A stretch of DNA of 64,000 nt. It comes from Halocafeteria seosinensis. Its lineage: Eukaryota. Within the stretch, counting starts at the first letter, position 1; each line of letters begins with the position of its first letter. Under the pieces are notes generated by a model. It did no database searches. It saw only the letters and a program-made list of their open reading frames with translations, and was not told the origin of the DNA. Where the stretch lies: positions 1 to 64,000 of the forward strand of contig LVLI01000268.1 in the NCBI GenBank assembly GCA_001687465.1, in the 5' to 3' direction. The translations under genes were made by a program, and so were the position numbers. Shown piece after piece: positions 25,065 through 35,042 of the stretch.

Positions 25065-28049
25065 TTACCACACTCGCCCTTTTGTTTCCCTTTTTGGTCT
25101 TTGCGGATGTAGAACTCGTCGACAACGGCTAACGCGTTTCCTAGACATTGAGGGCCTCCGAGTGTTTGAGGCAGTTGGTGTGCAAGTCGGAACCGTAGGA
25201 GACGATGACCCCGTTGTCGTTTGGGACTTTGAAGATGAGGCCGTACCGGTATTAGAGATTCTAAGTGTGGCAGAGACCGCTGCTGTGTTGGATGGTGTTT
25301 GCGTAGGACTGAAGCTCATGATCGAACACGACGGAGTGCCAGTACAAGAAGTTTTGGTACTTATTGGGGGCCCCGTATTTGTTGGACTGCTCGAGCATGA
25401 CGGAGTACCGGTTCGAAAAGTAGTTTCCGTACTTGTAGGGGTCCCTGTATTGGGTGATGCCATTGTTGGCGTTGACGAGGGGCTAGGACTTGGCAGTTGA
25501 AACTGCAAAATTGGTAGACCATTGGTCCCATCAAGAGCCCAGATATCGTTTGACCATCTTTTTCCTGCGTGCTCGTATAACTTTCCAGTTATTTCATCCA
25601 AATCTCCTGAGTTTCCCAAGGGTGATAAATTGGATCCATCGTCGACTCCAACGAGTGGTATATTGCCATGTCCGTTGTATACTGAGTATTTCACTTGAAC
25701 AATACCACTGGCCTCGGCTTCAATTTGCCCTATAATCCCCCCCGCATCTGGCTCGGTGACATGTCCGGCAGCGTACGTGTTGAAAATGTATACAGTACCT
25801 GTAGAAGCTGTCTTATGGCCCCCCGTTCTTCTTCCCGTTATACCCCCTGCTTGTGTTCCGCTAATATCCCCTCGTGTATAACAGTTTACGATATGCACTT
25901 CACCTCCATCCTCTGCTGTGTCATGCCCACTTATACCACCACTGAAGGCTGTAGATATTGTGCCAGTGCTATAACATTCCTCGATATACACAAAACCGGT
26001 TAGACCCGCGTCATTCCCAACAATTCCGCCCGCATGAGAAGCTTCCGAAACAATACTCCCCGTGGAATACGATTGGGTGACATAAACGTGACCATTCTCA
26101 GTACCAGCCGTTCGTCCACAAATGCCGCCTGCGCTTTTTCCTTCAATATCTCCCGTTGAATAACAGCGTGTAATATTGACGATACCGTTGGTATCTGCCG
26201 CTCGATGTCCTACGATTCCTCCAGCCGCTTCCCCTGCTATTCGCCCTGCTGAATAAGAATGCGATACTTTTATTTGACCATGATGATGACCGCCTTGCAT
26301 CCCACAGATTCCACCGCCTTGATCCTCTGAGATGTCTCCCGACGAGCTACATGATTCTACCCAAAAGAATTTCTGCTGCTTTTGGACAATAAATCCTGCC
26401 CCAACTGCAGTTGTTCCACCCAAAACCCGGAGATTCTGGATCACCGGGGCTTCATCAAATGACTTCACGCCCGTCGTAATTGTAAACAATCCGTTAAAAT
26501 CTTCGACGCCATCTAAATCAACTGCGTTCCCGACTCCGTCGAATATTTCATTTGGCCCAAGAGAGATGTAATCTTCATTGGTGTAACGTACGCGCCACAA
26601 CAATACTGTACATTTCAGGTCTATTAACTTGACTCCTGCCGTGTCGCGGTAACCAAAACATGGGTCCACTCCAGAATTAATGTCAGTTCGTAAATCCCTT
26701 GCTGCGCAGAAAAGGGGTATCACAAGTACTGAAATCACCAAAGATACCGCTTGCAGAGCGCACGGGGGCCTAGCAACGACACAGGATACTCGCGCGTTGA
26801 GCCGTAGCTTTTCTTGGAGCATGGCAATAAGCCCGACAGACTTTGAAGGAGACATGCGAAACCGTAGGGAAATCATCGTGGCTACTACAAGATTGCCAAT
26901 CATTTCTAGACAAAATAGAGCCCACCACTCCAAACACACTAGGGTTGTACAAGTACGCTTCGGAATAATTGTATCTACTGGTGACACGTCACCGTCAAAA
27001 CCGGCTTCGATCACATGCCTGATACTTCCGTGTTTCGGGGATTCTCTATCGTCTCCTGGAGAGCTGGTGTCCATCTCTATCCGGCGATATACGTCTATAC
27101 CGTACATGGTATGAGCATTTTGCTGTTGCTCCGGTATCTGGGTGTTACTCGCGGGACCATCGCTCAGAAGCAGGGAAGCCGTACTGTCCCCCCGTGTGAA
27201 TGATACCGGTAGAAACGTTGGCCTACAACGACAATTTGAACTCTCCTTGGTTCCTCCGGAAGTGCCAGTATGGAAAGAGTTCGGTGAAGAGGCAATGCGG
27301 AAACGGTTGCTTGCAAGCACAAGTACTTGGACTTGGATGACATGGGTAATATCTGCTTCCCAACGTGTAATTCTAGCGTGGTCCAACTGGCTGAAGGACA
27401 TCGCAATGGTTTTGCTGTCATGTAGCGGAATCGCCGCACACTCCTGTAACCAAGTCCTGGAAGTTGTGTTAGGAATGACTTGCAATATATAGGAATCGTT
27501 GACTGCTTCTGCATGGGATTTGTTTGCTCTGTATTCGGTCTCATCATCGCCGACGCTACAGTTTTGTACGCTACATGTCCCCGGACGAAACGATAACTTG
27601 GACCAGACGCTAATTCGGCGTACACCCCTACATAGCTGAAATAAATCCGTATCCATATGCATAGGGGTACCCTCCAGAATCGGCAAGGGCATGTCACGAA
27701 TGTAATGAAGAGGGTAACATAGATGCATTTGCTTTCTCCTGCTGGACATTGCAGGCTTATCAGTTGTCTGGCCCACGAGTCCGCAACTGCAGCTGGACAG
27801 CATGCTATCAGTAATGTCGAGAACAATCCTGAGGTGGCTTTGCATGACTAGCAAACCATTGGTTCTCCCTCGTGAGAAGCCTTCGTTGGGATATCGTGTG
27901 TGGGATATCCTCCAGCCGAAAAGAGGACAATTTTTTGCTTTTCGTTTCACGCAAAAACAACAACCGAACGTTACACTGTTCACAAATAACAGGCACAAGA
28001 GAACAGGTATAGGCGTTGTACAAGCCGCTGTGTGTAAAACCGATCTCAC
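25065..28049 (-). CDS. GLUG-motif/beta-solenoid repeat surface or secreted protein with Ser/Thr/Pro-rich tail; true start uncertain
   Basis: Repeats of YSTGxI...AGGICG/AGGIVG at about 25700-26350, followed by a mucin-like TPTS stretch; internal signal-like segment VSLVISVLVIPLFCAA at about 26700-26750. Confidence 0.7.
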   Translation of the reverse strand: MRSVLHTAACTTPIPVLLCLLFVNSVTFGCCFCVKRKAKNCPLFGWRISHTRYPNEGFSRGRTNGLLVMQSHLRIVLDITDSMLSSCSCGLVGQTTDKPAMSSRRKQMHLCYPLHYIRDMPLPILEGTPMHMDTDLFQLCRGVRRISVWSKLSFRPGTCSVQNCSVGDDETEYRANKSHAEAVNDSYILQVIPNTTSRTWLQECAAIPLHDSKTIAMSFSQLDHARITRWEADITHVIQVQVLVLASNRFRIASSPNSFHTGTSGGTKESSNCRCRPTFLPVSFTRGDSTASLLLSDGPASNTQIPEQQQNAHTMYGIDVYRRIEMDTSSPGDDRESPKHGSIRHVIEAGFDGDVSPVDTIIPKRTCTTLVCLEWWALFCLEMIGNLVVATMISLRFRMSPSKSVGLIAMLQEKLRLNARVSCVVARPPCALQAVSLVISVLVIPLFCAARDLRTDINSGVDPCFGYRDTAGVKLIDLKCTVLLWRVRYTNEDYISLGPNEIFDGVGNAVDLDGVEDFNGLFTITTGVKSFDEAPVIQNLRVLGGTTAVGAGFIVQKQQKFFWVESCSSSGDISEDQGGGICGMQGGHHHGQIKVSHSYSAGRIAGEAAGGIVGHRAADTNGIVNITRCYSTGDIEGKSAGGICGRTAGTENGHVYVTQSYSTGSIVSEASHAGGIVGNDAGLTGFVYIEECYSTGTISTAFSGGISGHDTAEDGGEVHIVNCYTRGDISGTQAGGITGRRTGGHKTASTGTVYIFNTYAAGHVTEPDAGGIIGQIEAEASGIVQVKYSVYNGHGNIPLVGVDDGSNLSPLGNSGDLDEITGKLYEHAGKRWSNDIWALDGTNGLPILQFQLPSPSPSSTPTMASPNTGTPTSTETTFRTGTPSCSSSPTNTGPPISTKTSCTGTPSCSIMSFSPTQTPSNTAAVSATLRISNTGTASSSKSQTTTGSSSPTVPTCTPTASNTRRPSMSRKRVSRCRRVLHPQRPKRETKGRVW

Positions 28050-28117
28050 TCCAACAGTCTGTCAACAGATTACCGCCGGTCTCGTCTTCACTGTCCACGG
28101 CAGAGCGGCAACTCGGC

Positions 28118-28336
28118 CTCCCGCTTGGGAACAAGGGGTTACAAGGGAAATGCGGAACTTTCGCAAGCTGATGACGGCCAAACTGTCAGTCACTGAGTGA
28201 CTGAGTCACGTTGATTGGCCACAGTGTGAAGATGTTGGGGCGGTTCCCGGTAGGGTTTACCCCTTATACAGTACGGCGTAGTGTAGCCTGTGGGCTGTAG
28301 TCTACTCGTCTTCCGGTAGGAGCAATACGGTACCAA
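28118..28336 (+). mobile_element. Degenerate 3' fragment of a CRE-like non-LTR retrotransposon (copy B)
   Basis: Aligns by eye to the reverse complement of about 42765-42917 (shared ATGCGGAACTTYCGCAAGCTGATGACGGCCAAAYTGTCAGTCAC); encodes REMRNFRKLMTAKLSVT; interrupted by short insertions. Confidence 0.75.
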
Positions 28337-28707
28337 AAAGGACACCTATTTTATGCGGTCCGCATTATGTTTCGTACACTTATGACTTACCGGTATGACA
28401 TACGTTGTTTCATTTAGCGCTTGTCAAGCCTTGCCTTAAAAAATGGGGACCCGAAAGTTGCCCATCCCATGGGCCCAAGCAGTGCGTGGTACGGTACATA
28501 TCCAATACACATGTAGGTTGGGTTTGTTGGTAAACCCTGAAATCTTGTAGTGTGATTCTTCTCAAACCCCTGTTACTTGGTACAGTGGGTGTCCTTTGGT
28601 GTTTATTGTCTACGCTGAGGCTACTGTATGTCTTTTGACTCTTAGGGTTGGAATAGCAGGACAATATTGCACGGCCACTGGCAGCCGTTAATTTGCCGGG
28701 AACCAGC

Positions 28708-30165
28708 TAGGCTAGTTGGGATCGGTCCCCAATCCCCTGTTGGGGATGGGGATGCATCCCCATCCCCATCACCAGGGGTGGGGATGGAAGTCCAGCTGGG
28801 GATGCTTTGGGGAAGGTATAGCAAATACAAATATAATTGATATTGTAACGATTGCACATATGCTCAATAATAATTAGCATGTCCACACCCTTTCCAGGAG
28901 TATCCAAGGATTCCTTATAACATTAACTCTAGGTTGCCGAAATCCGAACCGAATTTCTCCGCGCTGTGAAGGGCTTCCTTAGGCTGGAGCAGCTTTAGAG
29001 ATGAGTACGATGACGATGATGAAGAAATGGTGGATCTAGATGTGCAACACATCGGAACAGATGCAGCTTCTACCCCGGACAATGACCCAGGAGAGCAGGG
29101 TCAGCCTGTGTGCAAGCCCTCGGAGAGCAAGTCCACGGCCAAAACAACGAAGATGCAGACACAGAAGAAGAAAGGGTCGAAAACGGCCCCATTACTGTGG
29201 GTGACAGGGCAATGGGGCTTTACAAGCACTACTGAGTGATGAACTGGCTAGGCAACTCGATGAGTTCAGGCAGAGACTCTGCCGCAGAGTTGAATGCCGA
29301 AAGTACCGACTGATGATGCTGTTGAAAAGGCTAGCAGTTCAAATACCTAAGTTTCGAAGATGGTTGCTTTAAGGGTATTCTCTATCTGTTCTGGATCGGC
29401 TGACGTGGAGCGTCTTTTCTCGAGTTTAGCAGCTGCTAATACAAGCCGAGACACAGTTTATCTGCTCAGACACGTGAGCGCATAGCTCAGACGAAAACAT
29501 ACTACGTATCCGAGTCTGCAAGAAAACGACGAGGGCACCTGTCAGGCATTCATGTTTTTGCCAACGTAACACTCGAGACAGGACATTAAGTGCTCAGATC
29601 GAGCATCTGAGTGCAAAACAGAGAATTACGGCGACCTGGATACTATCGCCGACATAACTGAAGAAGTTGCTAGGGATCTAGATATCGATTCGGTTGAAAC
29701 AAGTGCAATTGAGATTGATGGTGAGTTCACTTAAGACAGAACTGAGGGCACAAGAGTTCGAAGGGCCAGAGGCCGTCGTCCCATTCTCTTGACACGTTTC
29801 TCGAAGAAGTAAAAAAACTATGGAAGCGAAACGTCTACACAAGCTCTCGTTGATTTTAAAGTTAACGGTGAAACTATGAGTAGGCAGGTAATTATAGAGA
29901 ATGATGTCGTACAGTACAAGAGCCCGTTGTGAGAAGTCCACTACTTCCAGCGGACCAGTGAACTATGCTGCTATCATGGCTAAATTCGATTGAGCATATG
30001 CTTAAAGAATGAACAGTATTACCCTCAATGATAGACCATTTTTCATTGTGAGTCAGTAAGTTAAGAATGCTTCCCCACGGGGATCCCCATGGGGATGGGG
30101 ATGACGAGAACGGAGTGGGGATCGGACCGTGGGGACGGCTGTTTTCAGCAATCCCAACCAGCCTA
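28708..30165 (+). mobile_element. Internally deleted, non-autonomous hAT DNA transposon (1458 bp)
   Basis: 15-bp TIRs TAGGCTAGTTGGGAT (28708-28722) and ATCCCAACCAGCCTA (30151-30165) with 1 mismatch. Perfect 8-bp TSD GAACCAGC at 28700-28707 and 30166-30173. Subterminal GGGGAT/ATCCCC repeats at both ends. Confidence 0.93.
29360..29510 (+). pseudogene. Frameshifted hAT transposase C-terminal dimerisation domain remnant
   Basis: MVALRVFSICSGSADVERLFSSLAAANTSR, then a frameshift to RHSLSAQTRERIAQTKTYY; matches the hATC SxxxERxFS...RxxL pattern. Confidence 0.85.
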
Positions 30166-31081
30166 GAACCAGCAGCTGAGCAGCACCGCCTTTGGACCGT
30201 CCAGCCTGGACGGTCCAGGTTGCCAAGGTTGGACCGGCGGTCCTTCGGCGCGCCCTAAGGCGCCCCTTGAAATAACAAAACGCCCTTTGAAAAAGGTATG
30301 GAAAGATCGCGCCCACGATATCGCGTATTCTCGAAATGTACGAGCCCACAACAAGATCGAGCACATCAATGCATCATGATGAAACGACATGAACGGACGG
30401 AGGAACTATTACTGACAGACATTCACCATTGTATTTAACCTACATGGGAAGCTTCGGTAAGAATTCTGATGAACGGAATTGGACTAAACTTGATGGTTGT
30501 GACGCACTCCTTTTGTGGAGATTCGAGCTGTTAGCCAGTAGGGATAGGTGGTACTGTATCCTTGTCTGTCTGCACAGTGCATGAATGTACCGTGGTCCAT
30601 TTGAATATTCAGCCGGTAGGCCATAAATTATACACTCTACTACTGCGTAAAGCGTTTTAGCATTAGCACTTCGGCGAAAACCGATGCTCACTGGACTATT
30701 TGATTATTGGTCTCCATTACTATACTTACCGGTATGCTTGCCGGGCTCTCTGGTGCTCTATTTGAACTTCAATACATGAGATCTCATTGATATTAAGCGT
30801 CAACACGACTATACAGAACCATGGCCTACAAGGAAAGCGTTTCTTGGTCTTTCAGGACTTCTTCTTTGATCACTTCCGGGTTCGATGCTCGTCGTCTACT
30901 CATGTTTTCAAACTTGAGTCATACCGGTACTGAAGGGTTGGCGGTAACACACATACATACATATATGTATGTGACAGATAGCCCACCGGCCGGGGAGGAT
31001 TAGGTTAACAAATCCAGCCTTGAGAAAAGGGTGCAGGAGAGCAATATCCAGTGAGTTACAATACCAAGGCACAAATTTCCA

Positions 31082-33105
31082 TTACTTGTTGAATCGAGGG
31101 ACCTGCTGACTGCGAAGAAATTCGCAATACCTTTGTAGGGCCAGTTCTTTTTCATCATTCGCTTGAGCTTTCAACGATCTTAAGTGCTTAGGAATGTCAT
31201 CCAGTGTTTGGGGTATAGCGATTCCAAGGACTTCAAAAGCTTTCGTGAACGCTTCATTGGCACCGTTTACATCCTGAAGCCAAGTGTGAGCCACTAAAGA
31301 GCGATGCTGTTGTTCGTTAAGAGGTCAGCAGTACTTACCATCATACGTTTCCATAGGAACGACGAATAGTCTAAGGCAATTGAAATGTCCCGTGGAGCCG
31401 CCTCACAAGCTTTAGCGTAGAGCTGCAATCGAGGAAGATAATTGCGAGCGGGCAAATCCACATCATATTGTAGGGGTAACCAGCAAGTACCTTTTCTGCT
31501 CCGTCGAGATCTTTCCGAATGTCTTCCTTGAGCACTGCGAGGTTATACAAGGCATAAGCATGCGATGAATTAGCCTGCGTAGCTTGAGTAAATAGCTGTT
31601 CCGCGTCATCATGCTTCTTTAGGGAGTCCATAAGCACCCCGTAATTGTACAAAGTATTCGCATGGTTTGGCGCCACCTGCAGCTCCCATCAGCTCCCATC
31701 GTGACAATAACGCGTACATACATTATCTATCTATCAGCACGAACTTTGAGGGCTTGCTTATATAGAGTTTCAGCACGTTCATGGTTATCTCGGATATCAG
31801 CCTGAACCACGGAAATGTAGTTCCTCAGTACTGCTGGATCACTACTGGAGACCGGTGGAAACGTACCAGAAACAACGCAAAATTGGATAAGTTGTTGGTA
31901 TGATAGCTGCAAGCATCCACTGCTCTTTCGTAAAATGTCTCTGCTGCCTGTACTCGAAGAAAATGAGCTGTCAGGTAGCATTTGAACTTCGAATAGCAAC
32001 GTCGTACATCATATTGCTTTAGAACGCCGTGCAGAAGTACAGCCAAGGAGCCTAAAGCATCCGGGTTGCGTGGATCAGCCTGGTATTATTGCAAATAAGC
32101 TAATGGATACACATGCAGTAAGATGTAGAGGGGAAAACGCTCACCTCAATCGCTTTCTTGTAAATCTTCTCTGCCTGTAAGTAGTCCTTCTTCATTACCT
32201 TACACCAGTTTCCGTATTTCGTTATAATAGTCGTATGTTCCGGATATGATTCTGCAACTCGTTCATATAGCCTGCTCACAATACAGGTGCATATTTAGCT
32301 GGCGTTCTGATAGGTGGGGTAGTGGCAATGGAGTTACCTACATTTCTGTTTCTTCCATATGGCTCCGTGACTTGTGCAAAAGGTTGGCTAGGTTGCCCAA
32401 GGCGGCAAAATGGTCAGGATCGTTCCGTAGTGCCTCCCGATAACACATTTCAGCCTGTAGAGTGCACAAACTTACAAGAACGCTCCATTCTAGAGTATAC
32501 TAACATCCGCAAAGTTCTTAATAACTTACTGTTGCGGTATCGTTTTCCTGCTGAAGCAGAAAATCTCCTAACTGTGTTAGCAACAAGCAAAGTTCATTTA
32601 GGGAGACTGGTAATTTCTTCTCATCATCGCTTGACGGCTCTTCTGTTGTAGCGTTCTGAAGACTAATATTATCCAAGGAAAAATCTGGCACAATAGTTCT
32701 CAGTGCTTGTAACAAGGCTTTCTTCGCCTGCAAGCACGTGAACAAAAAACAAATTAGGTCAGAGAGGGTTGAGTTCTTGATACTCAATACTCTGCGTGCG
32801 AAATAGATCCTTACTTGACCTGTTCGGGATGAGTTCGAGGCGAACTCGGACAGCATAATGGCTCTATGCCATACCGTTCTGAACTGTGAAGCAAGGGTTT
32901 TAGTCTCATTTTCATGTTGCTGGCCGCCGATGTCCTCCGATGAGAGCGTCGGCAGCTCTTTCTCCATACTGGCTATCTTATCATCCAGCTCAGAACCAGC
33001 CTTGGAAAGCTGATATTCTGATATCGAGCCCTCCACATATCGAATGGCATCTTGAAGCAGTCCGCCACGACGTCCTCCACGGGAATCCGGTTTGCCGGTG
33101 GACAT
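31082..33105 (-). CDS. Multi-exon TPR-repeat protein of unknown function; 3' end may extend to about 30826
   Basis: TPR-like exons APNHANTLYNYGVLMDSLKKHDDAEQLF, HAYALYNLAVLKEDIRKDLDGAEK, DPRNPDALGSLAVLLH. Confidence 0.7.
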
Positions 33106-33600
33106 ATTTCGCGCAAGAGGGACTCGTTAAATACTGTAATAGTGTTGGATGGAGACAACAAAACGATGACAGCCACCTCAGTTAGCTGCATGTGCATGAT
33201 TAACACATAACAGTTCTGTGTGAAGGTGCGTTGAAGTTACATAAACGGCTACAAGTAGCCTGCAAATTGGCAGGCTGCAGCCTGCAATGCGTTGGAAAGG
33301 ATCTTGATTTCACCCCGGTTCATCAAGAAATTATCTGACCATGACTGTATGCTTCCCAGAAGCACAATTCGTTGGTTGCATTGCTTTGTGTAGCGAAGTT
33401 CAAGAAGTTTTCGAGGAAGTTTCAAGTCTATTTTGTATTATTTACAGTGCCCTACGGACGACCTCACGCCGGATACCAGGACGAGTGTGTGACACAGTGT
33501 GTCAGAGACTTTGATCCTTGGGATAAAGCGGGATAACTGGGTGTTACTCCGACGTGCTACAGGTTTACTATCTATCGATCTTTCAACGTGTATTGTTCGG

Positions 33601-34793
33601 TTACTTGTTGCGAAGATCTTTGTCTATATCCATACCATTCAGTTGCTCCAGAGCGAGCATCAGTGCGTGAGTGCCCTTCTTTCCATGGCCTTGAGCCTGC
33701 AGGGCAATATAGAGTTGATGAGCTAGAGCCAGGCCAGGGAGTGAGAGACCCATTCGTTGGGCTTCTTCCAGCTGCAAACCATGCATGTACGATTCGTGTA
33801 CTTCCATAAAAGGAGGAATGACAATAAAAATTCTTGGTTAGTAATACGTACAGCTATGCCCATATCTTTAATGAAATGCTCCACTACGAAACCTGGATCA
33901 AAATTCCGTTTGCTGATTCGAGGGCCGTAAGTTGAAATCGAGAAGCTTCCGGCGGCTCCTGTTTCAACAGCAGCGATTGCCTCATCCATATCAATTCCAG
34001 CTTTGTAGGCGTAGAGTAATCCCTCGACAACTCCAATCATCTTGGTGGCGATTAGAGTCTGGTTGATCATTTTTGTATGCTGACCCGCAGCCGCCGGACC
34101 CATGAGCTTTATGTTCTTTCCCATCAAATCAAACAGCGGTTTGATCCTATCGTAGTGTTCTTGGTCACCTCCTACCATGATACTCAACTTAGCTTCTCTG
34201 GCACCAACGTCCCCACCGCTGACGGGCGCATCGAGACTCGTGCAGTTTTTTTCTCGGGCTTTCTGATAGATTTCTTCGGCCATACTCGGTTTCGAGGTGG
34301 TCATGTCCACAATAGTGCTTCCTTCGTTGAGTCCACTGAGAACCCCAGTATCGGGATCCAAAAGTACTTGCTGAACGTCTTTGGGGAATCCTACAATGGA
34401 AAACACGATATCCGATCTTTCCGCTACTTGTCGTGGCGTGTCGCATACAGTAGCACCCATTTCTTCCAAGGGTTTGCATTTGCTTTGGGTCCTGTTGAAA
34501 ACGGACATTTCGTATCCGCCATTCATCAAGTGACCCGCCATGGAACGACCCATGACGCCGGTGCCGATGAATCCTAGGCGTGTTTTACCGGGCTCCACAG
34601 GAGGGAAGTTCGACGCTGCAGAAAAGTGAGCCATGTTCAGGGGCTCAAAACAAGGGCGCGTCCGACAGAGGTTCGTCTGGGTTTCAGGAACCAATGAAAC
34701 TGAGGCACTGGCGGCCTCTGGGAACTGGTATGCCCCACTCAGAAATGGACGAGCGAGACGCTGAGGACGGACGGAACGACGGACCAAGTGCAT
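33601..34793 (-). CDS. Mitochondrial beta-hydroxyacid dehydrogenase (3-hydroxyisobutyrate dehydrogenase/tartronate semialdehyde reductase family)
   Basis: [11 protein letters not shown]ossmann motif, [37 protein letters not shown]; intron 33772-33851. Confidence 0.92.
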
Positions 34794-35042
34794 TCTTATT
34801 CAAGACTTCCACGAGGGTGCGTACGCACTGACTTTTCGGTCTCTCGATACTCCTTCTCCGTAGTGGTAAAACTTTGTCAAACCGCGGTATAGACTGAATT
34901 GAATACGTTGTGGTGCAACTGTAGAACAACACATCTTCACACATAAAATCGCTTGAAGATATTCCAAGCTATTGGAGTTTCTCTGCAAAGGATGGTGTAG
35001 ATCCAGAGCTGTGTATTCATGGGCATGTTTTCAGAGTTTACT

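Noticed and set aside
28720..28815. CRISPR-like or telomeric array
   Set aside because: Irregular GGGGAT motifs with no constant repeat-spacer period; explained as hAT subterminal repeats.
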